Positions 36,625 to 51,215 of a stretch of DNA of 64,000 nt are shown here, one piece after another. The stretch is from NCBI RefSeq assembly GCF_006345805.1, contig NC_043004.1, forward strand, positions 56,172,001 through 56,236,000. The letters are read 5' to 3'. The stretch is from Octopus sinensis. Taxonomy: Eukaryota. A program made the translations under genes and the position numbers. The notes below the pieces were generated by a model, which did not search any database, was not told the DNA's origin, and saw only the letters and a list, made by a program, of their open reading frames with translations. Position 1 is the first letter of the stretch, and each line of letters opens with the position of its first letter.

Positions 36625-37026
36625 TTTTACTCTTTTACTTGTTTCAGTCATTTGACTGCGGCCATGCTGGAGCACCACCTTTAATCGAGCAACTCGACCC
36701 CGGGACTTATTATTTTGTAAGCCCAGTACTTATTCTATCGGTCTCTTTTGCCGAACCGCTAAGTAACGGGGACATAAACACAACAGCATCGGTTGTCAAA
36801 CAATACTAGGGGGACAAACACAGACACACAAACACACACACGCATATATATATATATATATACATATATACGACGGGCTTCTTTCAGTTTCCGTCTACCA
36901 AATCCACTCACAAGGCTTTGGTCGGCCCGAGGCTATACACTTGCCCAAGGTGCCACGCAGTGGGACTGAACCCGGAACCATGTGGTTGGTAAACAAGCTA
37001 CTTACCACACAGCCACTCCTGCGCCT
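36625..37026 (-). mobile_element. tRNA-SINE family X
   Basis: Near-identical to 60578-60982 in reverse. Confidence 0.88.
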
Positions 37027-38006
37027 ATTTGTTTACAACGATCAAATGTATAAACCTTATATAAGGTTGTTTCATATGAAATGTCGCATTTTTAATACTT
37101 GCTATTCCAGTCATTTAAAAACTCAATTATGTATACTTCGCATTTAATCTCGACCCTTTTTCCTTCCCAAATGTAGTTGTACACAAAATTCGTGCCCACA
37201 GACCTTATGTGATTTAAAAGAAGTCTTCTTAATTTCACGGCCATGCCCAAGCTTTTTTCTTTGAAGATGCGACCCATATATTTATAAGAAGAAATAAAAT
37301 TGTGATTCTTCTCCATTAGTAAATATTGTTTGGTGAATCAGCACATAAAAGTTTTCACTAAACATCATCCCGCACATATTCAAGAATTGTGTTCACTCCT
37401 CATTGTTGCCATTTCACATAATGCACACACGTGTAACTCAATTTTGGAAAGCCTTATGCATATGAAATACATCATTACTTGTTCTTTGTAAAGACGTTAA
37501 GTATGTGCCCTCTATGCAATTAACTATTTGTCATTCAAGTTCCTAAATGCTACAGGAAATCTCACTCCAATTAGCTGGTGAGACTCACAACACCATATAT
37601 ATCATGTTTGCGCATCCATTAATCGAAAAGGAGAATGAATTACAGTTATATTAGTTATATCACTTCATTCAGCTTTTATTAATATATATCAATAATTATC
37701 GGAAATATTTTATAAATAGTTTAGTTATTCGAACAGCAACATGAAATTACGATTCAGCTCACGCTTTCTTCATCAGGGCATATTGTTAGACACTTAATAT
37801 TATTTCCTTCGATTTATAGTCAAAGCAACATTTGCTTGGAATTCACTATTCAAGTAATCTCTAGTTTTGTGCTACGAAATAAAGGATATTTATTTTTAAA
37901 AAAATCAAAACAAAAACGAACTATTGTATGTCTAAAAAGCAATATGAACCCTATTGCGGTTAACCAGTGAAATCTGATGGTATTGTTGATAGCCTTCGTT
38001 GGGAAA

Positions 38007-38350
38007 TCTTTATATATAAAAGTGAAGTTGTGTGTCTGTCTCCTATGATTTAGTTTCCTAACTACTCCCACATTTTGCGGTGCAGTGTAACCAAAAGCGG
38101 GTATCTTGTAATTCATATCGAGCCCTTCTGGGTATTAGCGCGCGTCTACGATGAGTCTACGATTTAAAAAGAATTACCATCAATTTTTCCCATTTTTAAA
38201 GCATTTTTTTGTTATTAAATAAGGGAAGTAACTCTCTAAAAATTTATTAAATCTCAGAACGTAAAAAGCTACAGTAACACCACAACCCCCTTTGTGGTTA
38301 GCCATATTGAGATGGCTATTATACTTTACATCTCTAAAAATGCTTATATA
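38007..38350 (+). mobile_element. Helitron-like non-autonomous element, 5' part
   Basis: Begins A|TCTTTATATATAAAAGTGAAGTTGTGTGTCTGTC, typical of non-autonomous Helitron 5' ends; no CTRR 3' end seen. Confidence 0.45.
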
Positions 38351-38468
38351 GCATGGGCGACTGCTGGTCTTCCATAAAAAAAAAACAACAAGCTTGCCCA
38401 GACTTGTGCCTGAGATGGTAACTCTCTAGGTGCAAACCCATGGTCAGTGTCTGACCGAAGGGGGTCAC
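38351..38468 (+). mobile_element. SINE family V 3' tail
   Basis: Reverse complement of 50193-50290 (catgggc...ctggtcttccataa...ctaggtgcaa.cccatggtca). Confidence 0.7.
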
Positions 38469-38556
38469 CAATCAATTATGTGATTTTCGCTAGAGATTAC
38501 AAACTATCTAGTCATAGAAATATTTAGCAATTCTAAATGTGACTAATATATTGCTC

Positions 38557-38782
38557 GAGTTGGCAGAAACATTAGCACGCCGGGCAAAATGCGTAGCCGT
38601 ATTTCGTTTGCCGTTACGTTCTGAGTTCAAATTCCGCCGAGGTCGACTTTGCCTTTCATCGTTTCGGGGTCGATAAATTAAGTACCTGTTAATCACTGGG
38701 GTCGACGTAATCGACTTAATAGCCTTTGCTGTCCTTGTTTATCCCCTCTATGTTTAGCCCCCCTGTGGGAAATAAAGAAATA
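38557..38782 (+). mobile_element. tRNA-SINE family Y
   Basis: Matches 1081-1313. Confidence 0.85.
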
Positions 38783-38936
38783 AATATATGGTTAAAATTT
38801 AAAAACCAGCTGAAATCAGGAAGTTTGACAAGATGAAATAAAGATCAGCTGTTATAGAACACAGAGTTAATTCGTCCCAATCTAGTAATGGTGTTTTGTC
38901 GCATGTATCTCAATAGAACATTTGTTATACGTGTAC

Positions 38937-39042
38937 GCATCCAGCAACAGGACATCCGTAATGCCATGATGGACCGTGAAGTCTGGCGTAGAATGGTAAA
39001 TTCGATTGTCTCGACCACGGTCGAACAATGATGATGATGATG
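38937..39042 (+). mobile_element. RTE-clade LINE 3' terminus with (TGA)n tail
   Basis: QQQDIRNAMMDREVWRRMVNSIVSTTVEQ* matches 23379-23450; terminal hairpin TCGACC-ac-GGTCGA. Confidence 0.8.
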
Positions 39043-39539
39043 TACGCGAATTTATGAAACTATCATGACAATATTGAATCCCGTCATAGAGTTTGAATGT
39101 ATTCCATCTCTTGAGAGAAAAAGTAATTCAAATAGAAATACCGTGTGCAGCTGAAATTCTTAAAGATAAAATGAGATTTTAACGTTAGATTACGCGGTAT
39201 AAAGCTGAGCAATAATATTAGATGCATATCTTTTTGTATTCTGCATCATAATCCGCATAATCATACAAAAACAAAAAAAATGTGTATGTTTATTACTGTA
39301 ATTCGAAATAATTTGACATTGAGAAAAATTCACAATTTTGGTGCTTTGAATTCATTCTCAATATGTTTTCGTAAATTCGAAGCTGAATATACTAATTACC
39401 GTTGTATTTCGCTATCGGAGATTTTTCTCTCCGAAACACATAGTTGATTCATTGAGGTAACAACACGATGACACAGCGCGCTGTAACGGCCTTATTGCCT
39501 GCTTCGCCAGATCAATGAATGAATCTATCTGCGTGTTTG

Positions 39540-39559
39540 TCTGTCTGTCTGTCTATCTG

Positions 39560-39643
<84 letters not shown>

Positions 39644-39645
39644 AC
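39540..39645. repeat. (TATC)n without an adjacent Tx1
   Basis: Direct inspection. Confidence 0.9.
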
Positions 39646-39750
39646 TAACAAACTAACTAATTCTATTTTATTTTTACGCCCTCTCAGTACGTTATTCGAA
39701 GTGGTAGGAACTTCTGAACTTCTTACCCACTGATATATATTCACTGACAC

Positions 39751-39839
<89 letters not shown>

Positions 39840-40242
39840 TATATATATATGTACGTACATATGTATAAGCACGCATGTATAATCAGATATATGTATATAT
39901 ATATATATATGTAGATTGATACCTACATAGATCTATGCATATATACGCAGACAAAATACATACACATGTACATACAGGCACATATATTTTTTGGCGTAGT
40001 TATATAATTTTATTAATCGTGTAACGAGTCTAGACGTTCCCACTTGAATCTTGTACTCTATGGTTTCAATAATTTCTTCTAATATTGGAAACAATCAAAA
40101 GACATTTTACAAAGCATCTTTTAGTACTACCTCATCGGAATTTATTACTTACTAATTACATTCGTCCATTTAGTCGTTTGTTCTTGAAAAACTCTTACAA
40201 TCAAATTTCGAAAGAGTATACGTTCATACGTTGATACTTTCA

Positions 40243-40665
40243 TAGATACATAGATACATACATACATACATACATACATACATACATACATACATACATA
40301 CATGCATGCATACATACATACATACATACATACATACATGCATACATACATGCATGCATACATACATGCATGCATACATACATACATACATTCATACATA
40401 CATGCATACATGCATGCATGTATACATACATACATACGTGCATGCATGCATGCATACATACATACATACATACATGCATGCATGCATGCATGCATGCATA
40501 CATACATACATACATACATACAGACATACATACATACATGCATACATACATGCATACATACATACATGCATACATACACACATACATACATACATACATG
40601 CATACATACATACATACATACATGAATACATTCATACATGCATACATACATACATGCATACATAT
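40243..40665. repeat. (CATA)n/(CATG)n microsatellite
   Basis: Direct inspection. Confidence 0.95.
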
Positions 40666-40929
40666 ATACAGTGAAAGAGAGATACATATGTGTGTAGATA
40701 TACATATATATTTTATATACATGTATATATATATTTATATATATCTATATATATGTTCATATGTACATACATATATGTTTATTAATATCTATATATCTAT
40801 ATCTATCTATGTATATATATATGTGTGCGTGTATAAGTATATATATATATACATATATATAATTATATATATGTATGTATATATATACACACACACATAT
40901 ATATATATATATAAATATATTTTTAAATG

Positions 40930-40990
<61 letters not shown>

Positions 40991-41588
40991 AATTTACGAA
41001 ATAAATTTCGAACAAATAAAACCTCCGCTGCATTTTGCTTTTTGTCCTCTTCCTCTCTCTCTCTCCTTCTTTCTGTACAAATGTGTGTGTGCGTGTGTGT
41101 GAGAGTGAGTGTGTCTTTGAGTGTGCGTATTTGTATGTCAATGTGTGCGTGTATGAGAATTCGTACGAAAACTGCGTAGTATCTCATTTTCACATTTTCT
41201 CTTTTAAGCGTTTGACATACTGAGGCACCGCCTGAAAGAGCTAAGTCGAAGAAATAAATTGACTTCAGTCTTTATTTTAAAGTCTGATTCTTAATCAATC
41301 GTCTTCTTTTGCAGATGAGTTAATTTAAATACACGTAAACAAACCAACACCGGTTGTCAAGTGGTAATGGGAGAGAGACCAACGGCGCACATTGTTACGC
41401 ACGCACACGCAAACATAGACTCACCTGTCTTATACATATACACGAGGGCTTCCACCTAGCTTGAGGATACCAAAACCACTCGCGTTGGTTGGCCTGGGAC
41501 TAGAGAAAAAGACATCTGCCCAAGGTTCCCCGCCGCAGGGCTGAACCCGAATCCAACTACATGCGAAATGAACTTCTTAACCGCAGGG

Positions 41589-41880
<292 letters not shown>

Positions 41881-42094
41881 CTGACAGATGCAAGTCAAAT
41901 GGGCTCCACGTAAGTTGGTAATTTTGTACGTTCAAAAGTGTATATTGACAAATATTTTGTGTTTAAAAGTTGTGCAACAACATCCACTGCAAACCTTTGA
42001 TAAATATCTACAAAAATTTTGCCCTTGTGGGCAAAATTAAAAAAAAAAATTCTCATAGCCTTCGTGGTTTCATTTAGCCATTTTATTTTCAAAA

Positions 42095-42457
42095 ATGGCC
42101 ACTGGTCACCACGAGGCTGAGGTGCAAGTCAAGCGTGACGCAGAGACAAAAAAACAGGATGCCCTGTTAGCATACGCTGAACCTGACAACAACACCACCA
42201 CCACCACCACCATCAGCATCGATAACAGCAAGAAATACAAAACAAAGGTCTCAAGGCCAAGCACCGTCAACACCACCAGTGAGTCCACCACCAACACCGA
42301 CAACAACACCATGGCAGCATCTGCTACTAAAACTGCTATCCCTGCTAAAGACATCGCCACCAATAACAATACCAACATCACCATCACCGTCACCAAACAC
42401 CGTGCCGTCAATGCTACTAATACCACTAACACCACCGCCGTCACCAAGAACGACAAT

Positions 42458-42489
<32 letters not shown>

Positions 42490-44169
42490 TTCCCTTCAAC
42501 CACTGCTCACTCCATCACCAACAAGTGAAAAAATAACAACGACAACCAAACGAAATGCCGAAATTTGCGCTAATGCAGGACTAAATTACGCAGACAATTT
42601 TCCACCCCTTGCTAGTTGCATAATCAGCAACCACAAACCTACAACCCACACCCCTGCCATCAACACCAACACCACCGGCAGTAACAACAATAACAAAACA
42701 ACAACAAACTTCGCCGAGGCGATAAAAGAAAAAGTAACAAGAGTTTCGTTTACTACACAACAAATAAAAGATTGCAGAAACCTTATCTCCAATGAAAATG
42801 GCAAAATACTCTTACACATACCACAACACATACTGAATGAGGAAAAAAAGAAAACCATTGTTTATAAAATAACAAATAAAATAACTAAAAGTCCAGAAAA
42901 GGCAAGCACGGACGGATTATGTGACTTGGGTGAACAAGTTCGCCCACGTACAGGTGGTTTTTCAGAACGAAGAATTGGCGAAGAAATTCTCAACGATAAC
43001 CCTTCATTCTGATGAACTAACGATGACACCGAGTTACCTTGTCCAGAAGGTGACGAAGGTCATTATCAATAATGTCCCCCAAGTAACAACAACACTGTGG
43101 ATAACATCCGCCATAACATCCGAAATGGAGGACTTAAACATCCTAGATATCGGTGTTTCGAAAAACAAGGACTGGCTGGGAAAGAGAATGGAGTTCCTCT
43201 TCCACATAAGTCAAGACGACATCAACAAAATTTCCACCCACGTACATCTTGAGGATGGCCGCAAGTTTTACGTAGTAGTCGAGGGCAGAAGGCCACGATG
43301 CTATACATGTGGCAGTGAGGCACACCTCAAAAAGGAGTGCAAATCTGCCGCTAAATTACAACAACAACAACAACAGCCACAGGAAAAACCACAAAAGCCA
43401 GCATTATTGCCCACACCACAATATGGACGGCTAATCAAGAAGCTGTATGCAGAAATACATGAAAAACAACAAAGAACAGGCCAACCCAACCAAACAACAC
43501 CAACACCAGCGCCAAGAACAGAATCATCACCACCAACAACAACTAAACCAATTCCAACACCGAGAATAACAACAAAGAATACAAGCACCAAGGATGTAGG
43601 AGAGACAATAACCACAACAAACCCCCCAGCAACACCCTCCCCGCGCACCACAACAATATCTACAACCGCACAAACAGACCCAGACGCTTTACCCTTACCC
43701 CCTGCTGATTCGTCAGACTTTTCATCTAACGATGAAAATTCGACGGAATGGCAAATAGCCACAGGAGGTAAAAGAAAAAGATAAAGAAAAACCAAACAAG
43801 AAATCGCAACCAAAGCAGGGAGATACCTGAACCCTGAAAGCTCCATACACAACCAAACAAGCACCAACACCACAAAGACACACACAATGCTATCAGCGAT
43901 AGACACAAAAGACTCCAAACTAATGGAGTACATCACAGGCTACACAAACATCTGTGAAGATGACTTCAAAACTAACAACCATCCACGCACTACACCACCC
44001 AAACATCAAAATACTACACATCACACAAACACAACACCACAAACTCAAAGCCCTCTTCCCAAATGCTGTAGGGGGTTTCCAAAAATATCTGTCCCAAAAA
44101 CTTTATAAAAACCTCCTCCAAGACACATCAAAGAACGAGGAAGCAAAAACTTTCGACACAAGTAAGTAA
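42095..44169 (+). pseudogene. Tx1 ORF1 (divergent type) with frameshifts and stops
   Basis: VVEGRRPRCYTCGSEAHLKKEC knuckle; MLSAIDTK C-terminal block homologous to copy C. Confidence 0.8.
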
Positions 44170-44219
44170 CTCTCTGTACTTTCCTTTTTGTGTTTTAAAG
44201 CACACACCCCAATAGAATC

Positions 44220-47200
44220 ATGGTCAAGATTGGTTGTGTGAATGCGCGTGGCTTGGGGTCTCCTTGGAAACAAGGATACCTCCTAAATGACACCAAGTCA
44301 CACGATTTGGGAATCATAGCCATAAGTGAGACCAGACTCCACGAGCCACGGGCCCTAAAGTCCATGTTTGGCGGACAGTTTAACATTTATTTTGCTCCCT
44401 GTCTGCCGAGGATGGGCGGTAGTGGCACCGCGGTACTTTTTCACAAGAGCCTGGATCTCGAAGTCAAGACGATATTCGTAGACCCAGAGGGTAGACTGGT
44501 CGTTCTGGATGTCGATGGCAGCAATGGGTGCGCTTTTCGACTCGTATCAGTCTACGCACCGCATTTAACAGGTCGGCCGGATTTCTTTCGACGTCTAGAA
44601 GTATTCCTGGGAACGTCTCGTCCTTTACTTTTAGTGGAGGATTGGAATGCTACCTTGGACACGCATCTAGACTATGTGGGGAGAGACAAAAACAGAAGGG
44701 GATGCAAATGCCTCAGAGACCTGCTCAGACGATTCCAACTGTCTGACAGGTACCGACTCGACCACCCAAATGCACCAACGTGGACATGGAGCAACCGCAG
44801 TGGGTCGTCGAGATCGTATCTAGATAGGATACTGTGTAGGACAGTAGACAAGGATAACTTAGGATGTCCACAATTCCATACAGTCAGCTACACGGATCAC
44901 AAATTCGTGACGTGTACGCTAGACTTAGATAAGGCACATCGACAGGGTCCTGGTTACTGGAAACTGAACGCATCATTCCCGTCCAACAAGTTTTCAGAGA
45001 CAGAATCAACACGTTAGTAAAAAGGGCTTTAACGGGAGCCATTGTCAACAACAAATGGTGGTTCGCCCTCAAGAGAGCAGTAAAAGCGGAAGCAATAAGA
45101 TATAGCCAGGCACTAGCCGTAAATAGAAATAGAGTAGAGGGTGAGTTAGTTAAGAAGCTAGAAGAGGCAATAAGAAGCGGCATCACACCCGACGTCTTGG
45201 CAGCAAGGTTGGCCCTTGACCAACACTTCAACGCCAAACACGAAGGGTGTGCTGTCAGGGCTAGGATGCGGGCTCCAAGGATGGAAGGTGTTGGAGCCGC
45301 GAGGCAGGCCCGGGTGGCGGAGGCGCAGCAGGGCAACAAAGCCACCATTCGGTCTCTGGTAGATGAACAAGGGCGCGAATCGCTCGAGCCCAGCAAGATG
45401 TGCGAGAAATTTCAGCGGCACTTTGCCCGACTGTACGGGACGAGTGGTGAGCGTGAACGCAGGGTGGACTTAAGTGCCTACCTGCACAGCCTGCCACGAC
45501 TCTCGGCAAGAGAGTCAGAGTGCTGCGAAGGTGCCATCACGGCGGCGGATGTGCAGGACGCGATGGCAGAATGCTCGAGAGACAAATCGCTGGGTTTGGA
45601 TGGTCTGCCCTACGAGTTTTACAATTGTATGCTAGACTTGTTTGGAGACGTCTTGGCAGTGGTATACTGCAACTGGCAGCAAAACGGGAGCATACTCGGT
45701 TTTGTGAGTCGAGGAGCTGTAACACTGTTGAAGAAAGATCCAAACAAGGGGAACATTATAGATAACTTTAGACCAATCACTCTGCTCAATGCAGACCTGA
45801 AAATTTTGACAAAGGTGTTAGCCAAGTGGTTGGCGCTTGTCATCGAGAAACTGTTCGACAACGCACAAACGTGCGCCGTGCCGGGCCGGATCATCCATGA
45901 CAACCTCTATCTGATGCGCTACATCATAGACAGGGTGGTTAACGAACCTGGCATGGGTGGGGCCCTGATCAACTTGGATCAATCGAAAGCCTTCGATAGG
46001 GTAGACCATCGATACTTGGAGGCAGTCCTGAGAGCGGCTGATTTCGGTCCCATCTTCCGCGGCTGGATAGCTGCCTTGTACAGAGGCATCCGTTCGGTAA
46101 TTCGCGTAAATGGACATCTGTCGAGACCTTTCGACATTGCACGTTCGGTCCGTCAGGGATGCCCCCTCTCGGCGCTTCTATACGTATTGACTCTTGAGCC
46201 ACTACTGCGGAAGCTGGCGACTCTGAGGGGCATCCCGCGAGAATTGGGATGCGGGACGAGCGTGTCTGCATATGCGGACGACGTCACCGTCATAGTGTCA
46301 AGCCACGAGCATATCGAGCGGATCGGCGAGACACTGAAAGACTACGAAGCGGTGACTTGAGCAAAAATCAACCGGGAAAAGTCAGTGGCTTGCGGCTCGG
46401 CACCTGGAGAAGCAAGCCCATGCCGTCCACCAGTACCTCCGTCGTGGGACGCTGGACAGACGGCCCGGTTGAGTTGCTCGGGGTCTGGTTCGGTCCGGAC
46501 CTCTAAATGGAGAAGAACTGGAACGAGATAACGAGTAGGGTGGTCACTCTCGCCCAGCAATGGGCCAAGAGGAAACTGTCCCTAAAAGGTCGGGCGGAGG
46601 TGGCGAACGCGTACATCGCGTCCATCATCTACTACCGCCTGACCGTCGTACCTTGTCCCGACCCTACCATCACCAAACTAGAACGCATTCTCTTCCGCTT
46701 CTTGTGGAAAGGATGCGTCCCGATGGTCAGGCGATCCATTTGCTGTCAACACCCGTTAAAAGGAGGGCTGGGCATTCCGTGGTTGATGATGCGCAGTACG
46801 CGCTGAGACTGCGACATCTCTGGCTCTATGTAGACGACGGTGAACAGGTGTGGTCGCCGTTTGTGAGGCACGCATTCCCGCAACTCGTCTCCATGACCGA
46901 ACTACAGTCGTGGATCAAAAAGAGGCCGAGGAAGGGCGAATGGCACCGCGAGGGTCGCGTTGCTCTCAAGCATCTCTGCCGTCCCGGGTCGACCTTGAGT
47001 GACTTCAACACAACCAAAGCATTCTATAGGGGATTAGTGGAGGGGAGGTACGACGACGATCTCGGGGCAAACCTGGGCGTCGACGAGGAATACCTGACCC
47101 GCCTGTTTCAAACGACTTTCGGCCCGGGACCTATGGACAACTTCCAGAGATCCCTGGCCTGGCGGTGTTACCGAGAAGCGCTACCCGTTCGGGATAAGCT

Positions 47201-47654
47201 CTATAGGCACGGCTCGAGAAACACGGGACCGACCTGCCCGAGATGCAGGCAGAGCGACGAAACCGCTCTGCACGAAATCGTGCAGTGTCCAGCAATTTCC
47301 CACCAGTGGGCTTATGTCGAACGACTGCTGTCACGTGTAGGACGTGTCGGTTTATCTGCCGAGTCTATTGTTAATATCGTCACGCCTCCTTCCTTCAAAC
47401 GGGAAGGAAGAGCTATTTTTATCATACTCGAGGCTATGGCGAAAGAATGTATCTGGTGGACGCGCCTGAAAGGATTAGAGACAAACACTTTCCTCTCTGG
47501 TCAATCTCTCATCAACTTCTTCAAGTATCACTTGAGGAGGAAAGTGAGAGTAGAGAGGCAAGTTTTGTCTAGTGAATGTTTTAAAAAAAGATGGGTGAAT
47601 GTAGCAAGGATGGCACGTATGATTGACGAAGCCACCTTGACTATGATTCTATGA
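44220..47654 (+). pseudogene. Tx1 ORF2 (APE-RT-zf), disrupted
   Basis: Same motifs as copy C, split over ORF-track entries 44220, 45197, 46249, 46507 and 46560. Confidence 0.9.
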
Positions 47655-48060
47655 ACCGTAAAAAATTAATACAGAGAGTTGTTTATTTGCAAAAAAGATA
47701 AAAGAAAGAAATATAACATGTGACTTCATTGACCGAGGTTACCGTGGTCTTTTCCGTAGGCTTTTCTTTCCACGGGAAAACCTCACCTGTCCTCCCCTTT
47801 ACACTTCATATTGACATTTCTGTGATAACGATCCCTATTGATCAATTGTTTTTCCTCTCCCCTTTCCTTTTCCCCCCTCTCCCCCCTTATTTAAAAAAAA
47901 TCCTCCCCTTTTTTGTCCTCTTTCTTTCCTTTAACGATCCCTTTTGATCGAGAACCAACCCCCTTTTTTTTACCCCCAAAAGAAAAGCTCTACCTTGTAA
48001 TTTGTTCTGTCTCTGTGCAGCCCTGTGTGGCTAATAAAGAAACATATCTATCTCTATCTC

Positions 48061-48154
<94 letters not shown>

Positions 48155-48202
48155 AATCTATCTATCTATCTATTCTGACTGTGCGTGCATACACACACAC
48201 AT

Positions 48203-48266
<64 letters not shown>

Positions 48267-48834
48267 AGACGCACACACAATACACAATAACGGAAATGGG
48301 GTTAGATTCACTACAGCTGTTTCAGATGTGTTTTTATTGGTTTTTATTGATGAGCAAATCAATTACATCATGTAAAAGTACTATTTTCCTTTTTTTGCTG
48401 AATTAAAATCAATATAAAGTTTTAACTTTAGGATTATTCACACAAAGTGTTTAGAATGTATATTGCCTCTGTCATCTCCGGTTGAGAGAGTATATATGTA
48501 GCATATTCCTCCTTATCTCTTAGTGTGTACACACACATATATACGCATGTACAAATTGAAAACTGCCACATCTGTTCGGCCCCGTGGCGATAACCAAACT
48601 TTTTGAAAGTAGATGACAATGGCTTAAAAACTAACAGGAGACTCTGCTCTCACAGGAGTCTACACAATCCTAAATTTTGCCAATTGAATCCCATCGTTTC
48701 GGATGATCGGCGTCAAGCGCCAAGGCCTACTGTAAATCCGTCTACCTGTCGCTCTGCAGACATTACCGATTGAAGCTCTGAAATACTATATATTGAAATT
48801 TGTAATTGATAATATTATTAGTTTTGATATAGGC

Positions 48835-49050
48835 AGCGGGTTTGTAGAATCGGTAGCATCTTTGACAAAATATTGAGCAGCACTTCATCTTGGTCTTTTC
48901 GTGCTAAGGTTAAGTTTTACCATTATCACATATTTGTCTCCACTAAACTCATGTTGATAAAATAAGTACCAATTGAGCACTGGTGTCGATGAGATGAACT
49001 GAGCCAATACCTTAAAATTACTGGCGTCGTGTCGAAATTTGAAACTATTA
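48835..49050 (+). mobile_element. Old SINE family Y-related copy
   Basis: gataaaataagtaccaattgagcactggtgtcgatg core. Confidence 0.5.
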
Positions 49051-49335
49051 TTACTGTTACCATTCTTACTTCAAAAGTGTTTACTTATTAGAAATACTAA
49101 ATCTTTCTCCGGTTATCTTATATATCGTGCCCTATACATTCTTATCTTTCTATAACCGAAATATGTCTCTTTAATCAAAATTCAGGGAACGCATCAAAAG
49201 TAGATATAGAAGGAAGTTTTATCAATGATAATGACGTTTAGTATACGATCGTTTATCTTATCTTCAAATATTGACCTCATTGCAGTGATGCAGAAAGAGA
49301 TGTTAATGAAATGAACCGAAGACAAACACACAGAG

Positions 49336-49372
<37 letters not shown>

Positions 49373-50192
49373 GAGAGAGAGAGAGAGATAAAGAATTATA
49401 AATGCACACATACGCACACATGTATGGATAAATGATGTACACTTGCGTATATTACCTCTCTCTGTCTCTCTCTTTATACACCCCCCACACATATATATAT
49501 ATGTACACACACACTTATATATATATATATATACGTATTTATGTATGGGTTCGTGCGTATATGTCTATACGTTTGCGTGAGTGTCTGAGTGTGTACTTGA
49601 GAGTGTGTATGCGTACAAACACAATTTTATGTACAAACACAAATTTTATTCTTATTTATTTATAGACTTACGGGAATCTAATCGTCGAGGTGTTATATGT
49701 CTATAAAACACGGTTACGTAGCAAAGTGTACATACTGAACAAGTAAACAATGAATGCTTAGCGTATTTTCCTGAAAATAAATTTCATGTTTTACTCCTTG
49801 TACGTATATATTTGATAGCTGCTATAAATATATATATAAGTGGCCGAAATCCAGTATAGATCATAGATCAACGTGTATCTTTGGATTGAGGCCTAATTTT
49901 GATGGATGGTCTATAGTTGGTGTTTGGCCAAACAGGCTGCCTATTTTTGTACAACGGCCTGACGTTTTGGTACATTGAACAAGAAACCCACTGTTTAAGA
50001 AATTATGATTAAAAGAAAACAAACTACCAAAATGTCGGGAACTGCCCCTCTTTCCATAATACAATCTTTCTGTTTTAAATTGATCTGAATAATAGTCAGC
50101 AAAATTTCAGGGATATTTATGTTCCTAAACACAGATTAATAAAGACAAACTTATTTTAATAAATTTGTCATTATTTTAAAAATTGATTGAGA

Positions 50193-50490
50193 CTAAAAAA
50201 TGACCATGGGATTGCACCTAGAAAGTTCCCCTCCAAGGTACAAGTCCAGGCAAAGTTGCTTATGGAAGACCAGTAGGTGCCCATGCATATCAGCCTCTCA
50301 ACTCCACCCCACAGGCCGATATAACTAGGCACTGGTGGCGTCGCAGATCATTTCTACAGTCGAGTGACCTGGAGCAACATGAAATGGAAGAGTTTTGCTG
50401 AAGAACACAATACGCAGCCCGGTCCGAGAATCGAACTCTCTACCTCATGATTGTGAGCCCGATGCTCTAACCACTGAGTTAAGCGCATTT
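50193..50490 (-). mobile_element. tRNA-SINE family V with CORE-like central block
   Basis: Minus-strand head TAACTCAGTGGTTAGAGC...GAGTTCGATTCTC, then tgtgttcttcagcaaaac...gttgctccagg. Confidence 0.75.
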
Positions 50491-51029
50491 CCACAGAAAT
50501 ATGTTAGCTAAACTCTTAAAGGGTCTGCGTTTTACTATACTTAGCTTCATGCGTTGGCAGTGACATTTGCCAGTGAAAATTCATTTCATGATTAGTTCTG
50601 AGCTGAGATGACATCCTTGGGAAATACCTTCCTATTAGCACGTGCATTAATATCTATAATTTTTGTTTTGCCACACTTCATTAATGGTGTTTCACACTCT
50701 TTTTGACGGGATATCCTCAGGAATGTAGTTATTGAATTTTCCGCCTTTCCACTAAAGCATTCCGAAATAAAGTTCAATAGCTGATATTATTGGCCATTGT
50801 TCCCCGTTTCCTCTAATATTTATGGACCTTGTTACAACGGTGATCCATCGCTATACCAAATGTCAGCGTGAAAACTACGATATTTCCTCTCTGAGATAAA
50901 TAGCTCACTCATCTAATCGATTTCTCCTACTATTATCGACATCTATTTCGCCATTGACGATATCTAATTTCTCGCGCGCTCTCTCTTTCTCTCTCTCTCT
51001 TCCTCTGTTACTCTCACCGTCTTTGTGTC

Positions 51030-51035
51030 TTGTTG

Positions 51036-51082
<47 letters not shown>

Positions 51083-51087
51083 GTTGT

Positions 51088-51152
<65 letters not shown>

Positions 51153-51215
51153 TTATTATTATCATTGTTGTTGTTGTTGTTGCTGTTATTATTACTATTA
51201 TTATTATCATTATTA
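51030..51215. repeat. Compound (GTT)(ATT)(ACT) trinucleotide tract
   Basis: Direct inspection. Confidence 0.95.

Larger units (their letters stand above)
41881..48043 (+). mobile_element. Tx1-like LINE copy D, full length but inactivated
   Basis: ORF1 42095-44169 and ORF2 44220-47654 carry several frameshifts, TGA at 46358-46360 and TAA at 46504-46506; followed by (TATC)n 48045-48172. Confidence 0.95.

Noticed and set aside
50580-50830. Minus-strand PIISAIELYFGML*WK resembling a Tc1/IS630 DDE motif
   Set aside because: Multiple stops, no other transposase motifs or TIRs.
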